Numbered from the stretch's first letter, positions 38,523 through 48,441 are shown. The stretch: 64,000 nucleotides of DNA from an uncultured Bacteroidales bacterium (GCA_964546655.1 CAZJKL010000001.1:2093-66092), one strand, 5' to 3'. Translations and numbers: made by a program. The notes: generated by a model from the sequence alone, not told the origin.

Positions 38523-41030
38523 ATGAAAAAAAAGAAAATTATAAAAACTGATATCAAGCATAATCCTGTTGAAAATAATAGTAAAAAGAATTATTCTTTA
38601 AATATAATAACAAGTATATTCTTGTTTTTTTTAGCTTGTTTACTTTATATAAACACCATTTCTCATGGTTTTGTTTTAGATGATTTTTCGGCTATAAAAC
38701 AAAATTTTTTAGTTCAGAAAGGAACCGAAAGTATTTCTGATATATTTCAAACTTCATATCGCCACGGATATTGGTTCACAAAAGATACTTTATATCGTCC
38801 TTTATCATTAGTTATGTTTGCCATCGAATGGCAAATTTCACCAGACAACCCAATGATACATCATATTATAAATATATTAATGTACGCTTTTTCTGGCGTT
38901 TTACTTTTCTATACTTTAAAAAAACTATTATCAAAATACAATATAATTATTCCGATAATTGCTTCAATATTATTTATTGCTCACCCAATTCATACCGAAG
39001 TTGTTGCTAATATTAAAAGTCGTGACGAAATTTTATGTTTGTTTTTTATCCTTATTTCAATAAATTTACTTTTAAGTTATTTGAAAAATAATAATATTCT
39101 GTTGCTCATTTTTAGTTTGTTATCTTATTTCATAGCGTTTTTATCTAAAGAAAGTGCAATCACTTTTTATCTTATTTTGCCTTTTATTATTTTGTTTTTT
39201 ACCGATACCGAAAAAAAGAAAGGTATAATTACAACTATTTTATTTATTATACCTGTTGTTTTATATTTATATATTAGAGCAAATGTTCTTGCGAGTGTTA
39301 AAGGTGTTGATGAGGTTAGTATTTTAGATAATTATCTGGTTGGGGCTTCTGATAATATTGTGCATTTTTTTACCGCTGTTTACTTGCTTGGGAAATATCT
39401 AATGCTACTTATTTTGCCTCATCCTTTGGTTTCAGATTATTCTTTTAGCCAATTAGAATTTGCTAATATAACTAACCTGAAAGCTATTTTTTCTTTTATT
39501 ATTTACGCTGCTTTAGGATTCTATGCTCTTAAAAAGTTATTTAGTTTTATAAAAAGCAAAGACGATAAAAATATTATTTTGGTTTTTGGAATAATCTTCT
39601 ATATTTTATCAATATCAATAGCTAGTAACTTATTTGATGCTGTTTTAATTGGAACCGCTTTCGCAGAACGATTAATGTATTTTCCATCAATTGGTTTTTG
39701 CTTAATTTTAACTTGGGCTTTAATTTCATTGTTTAAAATTAATTCTAATGAAAATGAAAATAACCTCGATGTAAAAGAGTTTATTAAAAAATATTCAAAA
39801 GTTTTATCGGTTATAGCTGTGATTTTAGTTTTATACAGTTTTAAAACTATTGATAGAAACAAAGCTTGGAAAAGTAGCTTTTCTTTATACGAAACCGATA
39901 TCGAATATTCGCCAAATAGTGCAAGAATGAGGTATTTTTATGGAATGCAAATTATGGTTGATAAGGCAGTTGAAGGTTATCAAAAAGAGATAGATAGTCT
40001 TATTGCTAATTCTTCTGTTTCTAGACAGTATTCTGACATTATAAATAATTTAGATAAATATAAAAAAGATGCTGATAAATATCAGATTGACTTAGATAAT
40101 CGAATTGTTGAATCAAAGAAAAATAACAATATTCAAAACACCGAAAAGCTTAAAATCGAAAAAGAAATTCATAAAGAATATGTTTTATCTCAAATTAAAA
40201 AGGCTAATGAAGAAATAAAACTTTTTATTAGTAATAATCCCGAAGCCAGAAAAATATCTGAATTAGATGCTTTGAAAATCAAGACTTTATATGATGCGAA
40301 AGAACAACTCGAAATAGCTTTAAAAATTCACCCCGAATATTCAGATGCTTATGAAAGAATAGGTATGGTTTATTATAGGCTTAAAGATAATGAAAAAGCT
40401 TTAGAATATTATGCTAAATCATTGCAATTTGACCCTACTAAAGCAAGAACATATAGCAATATGGGTATTATTTATTTTACCGATCAAAATTATGCTAAAG
40501 CTATTGAGGTTTACGAAAAAGCATTAGAATATGATCCTCGTTTTGCTGATGCGTACCGAAATCTTGGCAGCTCTTATGGTATTTTAGGTGAATATGATAA
40601 AGCTGTTAATTGTTTTAATAAAGGAATTGAATTTGAGCGAAATAATGAAATTTTTTATTATTATCTTGGCTTAACATACCGAAACAAAGGCGATGCTAAA
40701 TATAATCAAGGTAATATCTCTGAATTAATATCTTGTTACAATAAAGCATCTGAATTTTTAAATAAATCAATTGAAAAAGGTCATAATAAAAATGAAGCTT
40801 ATTTAATTATCGGGAATATTTATCTTCGTTTAAGCGAGGTAGATAAGGCAAATAGCAACAATCATTATAATACAGCTTTAAATTGTTATAAAAAAGTAAT
40901 AAGCATTGACCCTAAAAATTCAACAGCTTATTATATGATGTATGTTTTATATCGCCAAAAAGGTGAAATTAAATTAGCTGATGAAAATTTTAATATTGCA
41001 TATAGCTTAAATCCTTCTTTAAAAAAATAA
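38523..41030 (+). CDS. TMTC-like GT-C glycosyltransferase (DUF1736-like) with TPR repeats
   Basis: GFVLDDFSAI acidic loop, YRPL, HPIHTEVVANIKSRDEIL, SKESA, AERLMY and C-terminal TPRs. ORF track start is TTG 38439; ATG 38523 is more likely. Confidence 0.85.
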   Translation: MKKKKIIKTDIKHNPVENNSKKNYSLNIITSIFLFFLACLLYINTISHGFVLDDFSAIKQNFLVQKGTESISDIFQTSYRHGYWFTKDTLYRPLSLVMFAIEWQISPDNPMIHHIINILMYAFSGVLLFYTLKKLLSKYNIIIPIIASILFIAHPIHTEVVANIKSRDEILCLFFILISINLLLSYLKNNNILLLIFSLLSYFIAFLSKESAITFYLILPFIILFFTDTEKKKGIITTILFIIPVVLYLYIRANVLASVKGVDEVSILDNYLVGASDNIVHFFTAVYLLGKYLMLLILPHPLVSDYSFSQLEFANITNLKAIFSFIIYAALGFYALKKLFSFIKSKDDKNIILVFGIIFYILSISIASNLFDAVLIGTAFAERLMYFPSIGFCLILTWALISLFKINSNENENNLDVKEFIKKYSKVLSVIAVILVLYSFKTIDRNKAWKSSFSLYETDIEYSPNSARMRYFYGMQIMVDKAVEGYQKEIDSLIANSSVSRQYSDIINNLDKYKKDADKYQIDLDNRIVESKKNNNIQNTEKLKIEKEIHKEYVLSQIKKANEEIKLFISNNPEARKISELDALKIKTLYDAKEQLEIALKIHPEYSDAYERIGMVYYRLKDNEKALEYYAKSLQFDPTKARTYSNMGIIYFTDQNYAKAIEVYEKALEYDPRFADAYRNLGSSYGILGEYDKAVNCFNKGIEFERNNEIFYYYLGLTYRNKGDAKYNQGNISELISCYNKASEFLNKSIEKGHNKNEAYLIIGNIYLRLSEVDKANSNNHYNTALNCYKKVISIDPKNSTAYYMMYVLYRQKGEIKLADENFNIAYSLNPSLKK

Positions 41031-41039
41031 ATTTTTAAT

Positions 41040-42284
41040 ATGTGCATAATTTATAATATCATAATTTTACTTTATTCTTTCGGAATTAAAATAGCTTCAC
41101 TTTTTAATAAAAAAGCAAAATTATGGGTTGACGGAAGAAAAGATATTTTTGAAAATCTTAAAAATAATATTGATAATAATTCGAAAATAGCATGGTTTCA
41201 TGTTTCTTCATTAGGCGAATTTGAACAAGGTCGTCCGTTAATCGAAAGTTTTAAAAATAAATATCCAAACTATAAAATATTGTTAACTTTCTTCTCTCCA
41301 TCTGGATACGAAGTTCGTAAAAACTACGAATTTGCCGATTATGTTTACTATCTTCCGGCTGACACAATTAAAAATGCGAAAAAGTTTATTAATATAGTTA
41401 ATCCTGATATTGTTTTTTGGGTTAAATACGATTTTTGGTTCAACTATCTTAATAACTTAACAAAACGAAATATACCAATTATACTAATTTCGGGGTTGTT
41501 CAGAAATGACCATATATTTTTTAAATTTTATGGCTCATGGTTTAAAAGCATTTTAACAAAGTTTAATCATTTATTTGTGCAAAACGAAAGTTCAGCTAAA
41601 ATTTTAAAATCAAATAATATAAATAATTACACTGTTGCTGGCGATAACCGCTTCGATAGAGTTTTAGATATAGTAAAAAATGCAAAAGAATTTCCTTTAA
41701 TTGAGAAGTTTAAGGATAATAAAAATATTTTAATAATTGGTAGCTCTTGGATTCAAGACGAAGAAATAATTATACCTTATATTAATAGTTTTTCGGGAGA
41801 TTGGAAGTTTATTATAGCACCACATGAAATTAAGCAAGAAAATATTGAAAGAATACTGAATTCAATATCGAAAAAAATTACAAAATATTCGATAGCTGAT
41901 GATAAAATTGATAATTATGATGTTTTAATTATTGATAATATTGGAATGCTTTCGGGTATATACAGGTATGTTAATTTAGTTTATGTTGGCGGAGGTTTTG
42001 GTAAAAGCATACACAATACTCAAGAACCTGCTATTTGGGGATTACCAATTGTTTTTGGACCAAAATATGAGAAGTTTCAAGAAGCAGTTGATATGAAAAA
42101 TTTAAATGGAGCTTTCGCTGTTTTTTCGAAAAACGAAGCCTTAAAAACTATTGATGAATTAATAAATAATGCCGACTTAAGACAAAAAGCATCTGAAATA
42201 AATAAAAATTATATGATAAATAAAACAGGTGCAACAAGCAAAGTTATGAGTTGGTGTTTAAAAATGAATATATTAAGTTTATAA
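41040..42284 (+). CDS. waaA: 3-deoxy-D-manno-octulosonic acid (Kdo) transferase
   Basis: WFHVSSLGEFEQG, LLTFFSPSGYE, GDNRFD, IAPHE and VGGGFG..HNTQEPA motifs. Confidence 0.93.
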   Translation: MCIIYNIIILLYSFGIKIASLFNKKAKLWVDGRKDIFENLKNNIDNNSKIAWFHVSSLGEFEQGRPLIESFKNKYPNYKILLTFFSPSGYEVRKNYEFADYVYYLPADTIKNAKKFINIVNPDIVFWVKYDFWFNYLNNLTKRNIPIILISGLFRNDHIFFKFYGSWFKSILTKFNHLFVQNESSAKILKSNNINNYTVAGDNRFDRVLDIVKNAKEFPLIEKFKDNKNILIIGSSWIQDEEIIIPYINSFSGDWKFIIAPHEIKQENIERILNSISKKITKYSIADDKIDNYDVLIIDNIGMLSGIYRYVNLVYVGGGFGKSIHNTQEPAIWGLPIVFGPKYEKFQEAVDMKNLNGAFAVFSKNEALKTIDELINNADLRQKASEINKNYMINKTGATSKVMSWCLKMNILSL

Positions 42285-42324
42285 CGAAAACAATGAATTG
42301 AAGTAAGAAATTAATTATTAAAAA

Positions 42325-42820
42325 ATGAAAACAAAAAATATATCAATTATTGTTTTAATAATTTCATTTTTACATAGGGTGTAAAAAATATGAAGATGGC
42401 CCTTTGATTAGTTTTAGAAGTAAAGAAAGTAGAATAAGCGGTCTTTATAGACTTAATAAACTATATGTAAATGGGAAAGATTCATCAATTGTTTATGAAG
42501 AAAAATATGGAATAAACAGTCAATTAAGCATTGGTATTGAAAAATCAGCTCATCCATATATATATTTTTGGAGTATTTGCGAAGAAGGAGAATTAGTCCC
42601 AACATGTTATAATAATGGCATGTGGTTTTTGTCAGAAGATAAAAATTCCATTGAGTTAAGTATTGATATTGGAGATACTTTTTGGCCTTTTAATTATAAA
42701 AATAAAGCCGGTAGTTTTATCAAAATTAAAAGATTGACTAAAGATGAATTATGGTTAGAGTCTTATTATAATGAAAAACAATATGTTTTAAAATATTTCA
42801 AAATAAAACAATATAATTAG
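42325..42820 (+). pseudogene. Frameshifted lipoprotein gene (GC-KKYEDGP type)
   Basis: ATG 42325 gives MKTKNISIIVLIISFLHRV*. The +1 frame gives YIGCKKYEDGPLISFRSKESRI..., continuous with ORF 42404-42820. The shift lies around the T5 run at 42367-42371. Confidence 0.7.
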
Positions 42821-42849
42821 CATACATATGTAAAGAAAATTTGAATATA

Positions 42850-42882
42850 TATACATTTCGAATTTTAAATGTATAGTTTTTT
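42850..42882 (+). terminator. Possible intrinsic terminator
   Basis: 9-bp stem tatacattt / aaatgtata, 8-nt loop, followed by gtttttt. Confidence 0.4.
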
Positions 42883-42959
42883 ATAAAAATTATTTTTCAA
42901 TTTTTATTTCTAATAAAAAAACATATATATTTGACTTTTATATTTGAAACTATTAACCA

Positions 42960-43150
42960 ATGACCGAATTTTTCCAATGGCTTTTTGATTGGTATATGGC
43001 CAATATGAATTACTAACCATAATAATACTTATGGCATTAGAAAGTACTTTTATCCCAATACATTCTGAAATAGTAATACCACCAGCGGCTTGGAAGGCTG
43101 CTGCTGGAGGATTAAATATTTGGTTGGCAGTTGCTTTTGCTACCTATATT
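42960..43150 (+). pseudogene. dedA-family pseudogene, 5' fragment
   Basis: MTEFFQWLFDWYMANMNY, then a stop at 43014 from a 1-nt loss. The shifted frame reads TIIILMALESTFIPIHSEIVIPPAAWKAAAGGLNIWLAVAFATYI, a DedA N-terminal signature. Two TATATTTG motifs lie upstream (42926, 42939). Confidence 0.8.
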
Positions 43151-44424
43151 GAGAATGTTGCAGGGTAAAAAAACATCAAAAAACGATACAAATAACTGAC
43201 TATCAATTTGTTGGAAAGAAATAATATTCTTATATTTGTAAAAAAAATAAAATTATGGTAGGATTTGCAGATATAACATTAGCTCAAAGAAAATTAAAAT
43301 CAGATTTTTTTGAAAACATAAATAAAATCATAGATTGGAATCCAATAGAAAAGATAATAAAGAAGCATTATAATAAAGGTTTTAGTGTAGTAGGTCGTCC
43401 ATCAATAGAAGGGATATTGTTATTTAAGATGTGTTTATTGCAGACATGGTATGGTTTAAGTGATTATGAAATAGAAGATCAAGTAAATGATAGATTATCG
43501 TTTAGTAGGTTTATAGGCTTAAGTTTAGATGAAAAAAGTCCTGACCACAGCGTAGTAAGTAGGTTTAGGACAGAACTAACAAAAAAGAAAGCATTTGAAA
43601 AGCTATTAAATGCGATAAACGCACAATTAGTAGGACATAATATAATAGTAAAACAAGGTTTAATAGTAGATGCAAAAGTAACAGATACTCCAAGAAAGCC
43701 TAAAGGCAAGAAAGAATACGAAGCAACAGAAGATAGAAATGAAGAAAACACTGAGCCCAAGACAATATTAAAAGAGAAGATAAAATCTAATGTAGATAAA
43801 GAAGCTAAATGGGTAAAAAAAGCTGGCAAATTACATTTTGGATATAAACAACATACAGGAACAGATGAAAACGGATTAGTTTTAGGCATAGTAACAACCC
43901 CGGCAAATGAGAGTGATATAAAACATTTACAGGATGTAATAGACAAAATAAATCCATCAAAAGGCACTTGGGTAAAAGCAGATAAAGGATATAAGTCAGA
44001 AGAAAATGATAAATATTTAACAAAAAATAAATTACGTAATCATATAATGAAAAAGGCACAAAAAAACAAGAAATTAACAGAAAGAGAGCAGGTTGTAAAT
44101 AATCTTATCTCTAAAACAAGATATAAAATAGAAAGGACATTTGGTTCTATAAAAAAATGGTTTAAAAGTAATCATGCAAGATATGTCGGAATAGAAAAGA
44201 TGCATACGCAGCATCTAATAGAAGCAATAGCATACAATTTATATCGTTCACCTGGGATAATTATGTCCAAATGCCAATAATTGGCAAGAAATCACTCTAA
44301 ATGAGTGATTAAAACAAAAATAAATTAAAAAAATAGGAAAAAAACATACAATTTTTATTGAAAATCTTCTGAAAATCATAAAAAGAAAAAAAATATGCTG
44401 AAATTTTAATTTAGCAATACTCTC
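43151..44424 (+). mobile_element. IS5-family insertion sequence, 1274 bp
   Basis: Imperfect TIRs gagaatgttgc (43151) / gcaatactctc (44414-44424), 9/11 match; flanked by ATATT direct repeats at 43146-43150 and 44425-44429; single transposase. Confidence 0.88.
43255..44280 (+). CDS. IS5 family DDE transposase
   Basis: GRPSI..LFKMCLLQTWYGLSD..PDHS..SRFR N-domain; VDA, ADKGY and IERTFG catalytic D-D-E; TATATTTG promoter motif at 43231. Confidence 0.96.
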   Translation: MVGFADITLAQRKLKSDFFENINKIIDWNPIEKIIKKHYNKGFSVVGRPSIEGILLFKMCLLQTWYGLSDYEIEDQVNDRLSFSRFIGLSLDEKSPDHSVVSRFRTELTKKKAFEKLLNAINAQLVGHNIIVKQGLIVDAKVTDTPRKPKGKKEYEATEDRNEENTEPKTILKEKIKSNVDKEAKWVKKAGKLHFGYKQHTGTDENGLVLGIVTTPANESDIKHLQDVIDKINPSKGTWVKADKGYKSEENDKYLTKNKLRNHIMKKAQKNKKLTEREQVVNNLISKTRYKIERTFGSIKKWFKSNHARYVGIEKMHTQHLIEAIAYNLYRSPGIIMSKCQ

Positions 44425-44588
44425 ATATTAGCATTTCGCCAGTTTCATTACAAAAAGAAACTATTGATTTTGAATTACTTTCTGGCTTATTATCGCCATA
44501 CATGCACGAAATGTCATACGTTTTATTAGGAATAGGTGCTGCTTTTGTTATTTATTTAATTGTAAAATATAAGAAGAGCAAGAAGTAA
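44425..44588 (+). pseudogene. dedA-family pseudogene, 3' fragment
   Basis: In frame with the 5' fragment once the IS and one repeat copy are removed. Ends YMHEMSYVLLGIGAAFVIYLIVKYKKSKK*, a DedA-like C-terminal helix with a basic tail. Confidence 0.6.
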
Positions 44589-44666
44589 ATACTAAATATA
44601 ATTTTACTTTGGCGTTAATGTTAATGAAATAGAAAGTTTTAGTTAAATAATTGTTACCTTTGAATT

Positions 44667-45116
44667 GTGATAATTAAAAAGATGAATACTAGAATTAATA
44701 ATTTTTTCAATTTTTTTATAATATTAATATTATTAACAGCCACAATAGGTTTCTCGGTTGTTAAACATTATTGTTCATCTTGCAATAGTAATGAAATTTC
44801 GATTAATAGCTTCAGTTGTTGCGATCACAATATCGAAACTCATTTACATGAAGGTCTAGTTTGCTGCGATTTTTCAAATGAAAATAAAACTTCTTTTAAC
44901 GATGATTGTTGTGATAATTTTGAAAATAGAATAAAAACAGACAACTTTATAAGTTGTGAAAAATTCAAAATACCCAAACTAAATTACATTGTTAATAATA
45001 TTATTTATCAATGTTGTTATTCGAATTATAATATTGATTTTTCTCACACCAATATCATAATACCTCCTCCCAAAGGAATTCATTTAAATTTATTGAACTG
45101 TATATTATTAATTTAA
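44667..45116 (+). CDS. HYC_CC_PP family Cys/His-rich small protein
   Basis: KHYCSSC, three CC pairs, IIPPP and a terminal CILLI; directly upstream of a TonB-dependent receptor; TACCTTTG motif at 44655. Confidence 0.8.
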   Translation: MIIKKMNTRINNFFNFFIILILLTATIGFSVVKHYCSSCNSNEISINSFSCCDHNIETHLHEGLVCCDFSNENKTSFNDDCCDNFENRIKTDNFISCEKFKIPKLNYIVNNIIYQCCYSNYNIDFSHTNIIIPPPKGIHLNLLNCILLI

Positions 45117-45200
45117 TAAAATTCATTTTTAGATTTTGAAATTCTGCTTAATATAATTTTAAGCAGTTAAAAACTTTTATAAAATTTAAAATGAATAATT

Positions 45201-47453
45201 ATGTTAAAGAAAATAATACTAATTAATTGCTTTATATTTACAGTAATTAATTTAGCTTTTTCACAAGAAAAGCAAATAAAAGGGAAAGTTTCGGGAGAAA
45301 TAATTTGTACCGAACATCACGAAGAAAACGAAAAACACAAACAAGAAATTGAATTATTAACCGGAGTAAATGTATATATACTAGGTTCTAATAAAGGGAC
45401 AGTTACCGATGAATCTGGTGAATTCATTATGAAGATTCAAGAAGATGAAGAAAATTATTTAATATTTAGTTTCATTGGTTATAAATCAGATACAGTAAAA
45501 ATTAATAAAAATCAAAAATTTATTAAGGTTATATTAAAACAAGGCAAAACAATAAGTGAAGTCGTTGTTAAAGGAGAACAGTCTGAGGATAATATAGCAA
45601 AAATGCAAACTATTCAAACCAAGAGTCTAGACCAAGAAGATTTTAAGAAAATGGCTTGCTGTAATTTATCTGAAAGTTTTGAAAATAGCCTTGATGTTGA
45701 TGTTGAATATTCAGATGCTATTACAGGCGCAAAACACATTAAGATACTTGGATTATCTGGTTTTTATACTCAAATTTCAACAGAAAAGACACCAGATTTA
45801 AGAGGCTTATCTTCAAGTTTTGGATTGGGATTAATTCCTGGTGCATGGATGGAAGCAATTCAGATTTCGAAAGGAAGTAGTTCGGTTCAAAGTGGATATG
45901 AGTCAATGACAGGAGAAATAAACATTGAACTCTTAAAGCCACAAAAAGCAAATCCTTTAACTATTAGTCTTTTTTCAGATGATATGAATCGTAGAGAAGG
46001 AGATATTATTTATTCTAAAAAATTAAACAATAACTTATCTACTATGCTTTTTCTTCACGGAACAATAAAAAATACTGTTTCTGATAATAATAATGATGGG
46101 TTTATTGATGTTCCTGCAAATAAAATGTATAATATTTTTAACCGATGGAATTGGGAAAATAATAGAACTCATATTCAATTTGGATTTAGAGTTATTGACG
46201 ACGAAAAAAAAGGTGGTCAAATTAAAGGGTTTAATGAACCATTTAATAACGATAGTATTTACAGAACAAAATTTAATATAAAAAACTATAAAGCATTTTT
46301 AAAAGCAGGTACTTTTTTGAAAAATACTGAAAATAGCATTGCCTTAATAACTTCTGCTTCAAAGCACGAACAATACGGTTTTATTGGCTTAAATAACTAT
46401 AATGGACTTCAAAATAATATTTATTCTAATTTGCTTTATAATTATTCATTTTCTGAAAAAAGAGTTATTCTTATTTCTGGTGTTTCAGTAAACTACGATG
46501 AATTTAATGAAACTTTAAATGATACTATTTTAAATAAAGAAGAATTAGTTTATGGTATATTCGAAGAATTAACATATAAACCAAATTCGATAATTAGTAT
46601 AATAGCAGGGGTAAGATTAGATGAAAATTCGATTTACGGAACAATATTTACGCCGAGAATTCATGCTAAATTCGATTTTATTAGAAATATTTCTTTAAGA
46701 ATTAATATAGGAAAAGGTTCTCGTTCAGCTAATATCATTTCAGAAAATATAAATTTACTGTCAAGTTCAAGAAAGCTATTGTTTAAAGAAAATCTTAAAT
46801 TAGAAGAATCAATTAACTATGGAGTTGGACTAACAAAAACCTATTATCTGAAAAACAACAATAAAATTACAACTACATTAGACTTTTTTAGAACAGAGTT
46901 CCAAAATCAAATTATTGTTGATGTTGAACAACTTAAAGGATTTGCATATATATATAACTTAAAAGGTAAATCGTTTAGTAATAATATGCAGTGCGAAATA
47001 AAAACAGAAATTTCAAGATTAGAGATAATTACTGCATTTAGATACAATGATGTTAAAAAAACTTATGAAAACATTGTTAAAGAAGAACCACTTTCGGCTA
47101 AATATAAAGGCCTTCTTGCTTTAACTTATAAAACAAAAAACAAAAAATTTGATTTTAACATTACTTGTCAATATAATGGAAAGTCTAGATTACCAGATAT
47201 TTCTAATGGATCTGTTTTAAATAATGTTGAACAACCTAAGTATTCAGAAGAATATATTTTAATTCATAGTCAAATTAACTACAGAGTTAAAAAGTTTGAA
47301 TTTTATTTAGGTAGCGAAAATTTAACTGATTATATTCAAAAAAATCCAATAATTTCGGCAGAAAAACCATTTAGCAATAACTTTGACTCTTCTTTTATTT
47401 GGGGACCAATAACAGGTAGAATGTTTTATTTGGGTTTAAGGTTTAAATTATAA
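45201..47453 (+). CDS. TonB-dependent receptor, probable metal uptake
   Basis: AFS|QEK; plug with MACCNLSESFE; IQISKGSSSV; C-terminal GRMFYLGLRFKL. Confidence 0.9.
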   Translation: MLKKIILINCFIFTVINLAFSQEKQIKGKVSGEIICTEHHEENEKHKQEIELLTGVNVYILGSNKGTVTDESGEFIMKIQEDEENYLIFSFIGYKSDTVKINKNQKFIKVILKQGKTISEVVVKGEQSEDNIAKMQTIQTKSLDQEDFKKMACCNLSESFENSLDVDVEYSDAITGAKHIKILGLSGFYTQISTEKTPDLRGLSSSFGLGLIPGAWMEAIQISKGSSSVQSGYESMTGEINIELLKPQKANPLTISLFSDDMNRREGDIIYSKKLNNNLSTMLFLHGTIKNTVSDNNNDGFIDVPANKMYNIFNRWNWENNRTHIQFGFRVIDDEKKGGQIKGFNEPFNNDSIYRTKFNIKNYKAFLKAGTFLKNTENSIALITSASKHEQYGFIGLNNYNGLQNNIYSNLLYNYSFSEKRVILISGVSVNYDEFNETLNDTILNKEELVYGIFEELTYKPNSIISIIAGVRLDENSIYGTIFTPRIHAKFDFIRNISLRINIGKGSRSANIISENINLLSSSRKLLFKENLKLEESINYGVGLTKTYYLKNNNKITTTLDFFRTEFQNQIIVDVEQLKGFAYIYNLKGKSFSNNMQCEIKTEISRLEIITAFRYNDVKKTYENIVKEEPLSAKYKGLLALTYKTKNKKFDFNITCQYNGKSRLPDISNGSVLNNVEQPKYSEEYILIHSQINYRVKKFEFYLGSENLTDYIQKNPIISAEKPFSNNFDSSFIWGPITGRMFYLGLRFKL

Positions 47454-47474
47454 AATGCAAATATTTTTTATTTT

Positions 47475-47514
47475 AAAAACTCATAGCTACAATATAGAAT
47501 AGTTATGAGTTTTT
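47475..47514 (+). terminator. Intrinsic terminator after the TonB-dependent receptor
   Basis: 15-bp stem aaaaactcatagcta / tagttatgagttttt with one G-U pair, followed by a T run. Confidence 0.75.
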
Positions 47515-47544
47515 TTTAAATTTGCTCCACAATAATTTTAATAG

Positions 47545-48441
47545 ATGTATTTTCTAAAAAACAATAAAAGAGGAGTAAGAAATATTTATAGGGAAAATAT
47601 GCCTTTGCCCGAAATAATTTCTAAAGATTTAAAGCATTTATTTAAGTCTATTCTAAATTTTATAATTAACGGATTTAAAACAAAAAATATTTTTATATAT
47701 CCCGAATATCCAAGTAAAGGTTCTGTTATTTATAAAATAGCTAATAATCTTAATTATAATATTTCTAATAAAGAGCTAAAAAACAGTAAAATAGCATTGT
47801 TTTGGGAGAATACAACTTTTAGAAAAGAATTTAAATATCTTGAACAAATATCAAATAAAGTTAAGGTTATAAATCTTTATAACAGAAATATTAGTAAAGA
47901 ATATGTAGATGAGGCTTTTGGAAATGTTTTCAATTATTCAACCATAATAAACCCATTGGAATATGAAGGATATTGCGTTAAAAAAAGCATAATAAATGCA
48001 ATGCACGATGGCGAAATATTAAAATGCCCTTTAACTTCAATTGAAAAAGATTTTGTTTATCAGATATTGATTGATAATACTTTTGACAAGGAAACTGTTT
48101 TAGATATAAGAGTTCCTATTTTTAATAAAACAATAGATTTCGTATATTTAAAATACAGAAAAATAGATGAACGATTTAAAAATACAACAACTAAAGCTGT
48201 TATTTGTAATATTAATGATGTTTTAACTAAAGATGAAATTGAAAAAATTAATAAATTTAGTGCTGAAATAAAGCTAGATTATGGAGAATTAGATGTTTTA
48301 AGAGATAATTTGTCGGGTAAAATTTACATTATTGATGTTAATAATACACCTTACGGACCGCCTTCTTCTATGACTAAAAAACAAAAAAGAGAAGTTATTG
48401 AAAAGTTAAGTTCCGTTTTTCGGGATATGTTTTTAAATTGA
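47545..48441 (+). CDS. Hypothetical protein with ATP-grasp-like motifs
   Basis: VKKS, YQILID, DIRV, YGELDV and IDVNNTP appear in the order expected for RimK-like ATP-grasp enzymes. Confidence 0.55.
   Translation: MYFLKNNKRGVRNIYRENMPLPEIISKDLKHLFKSILNFIINGFKTKNIFIYPEYPSKGSVIYKIANNLNYNISNKELKNSKIALFWENTTFRKEFKYLEQISNKVKVINLYNRNISKEYVDEAFGNVFNYSTIINPLEYEGYCVKKSIINAMHDGEILKCPLTSIEKDFVYQILIDNTFDKETVLDIRVPIFNKTIDFVYLKYRKIDERFKNTTTKAVICNINDVLTKDEIEKINKFSAEIKLDYGELDVLRDNLSGKIYIIDVNNTPYGPPSSMTKKQKREVIEKLSSVFRDMFLN

Noticed and set aside
42367-42371. Phase-variable homopolymer switch in the lipoprotein gene
   Set aside because: A T5 run is too short and too common in this genome to support slippage, so the site is kept only as a frameshift observation.
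43479-44059. Antisense ORFs of 162 and 84 aa inside the transposase
   Set aside because: These are shadows of the A-rich transposase strand, which yields few reverse stops, and they have no motifs.
44400-44424. Outward-facing promoter at the IS right end (TAATTTAGCA)
   Set aside because: It mismatches TAnnTTTG, no clear -33 TTTG is present, and the downstream gene has its own TACCTTTG motif at 44655.
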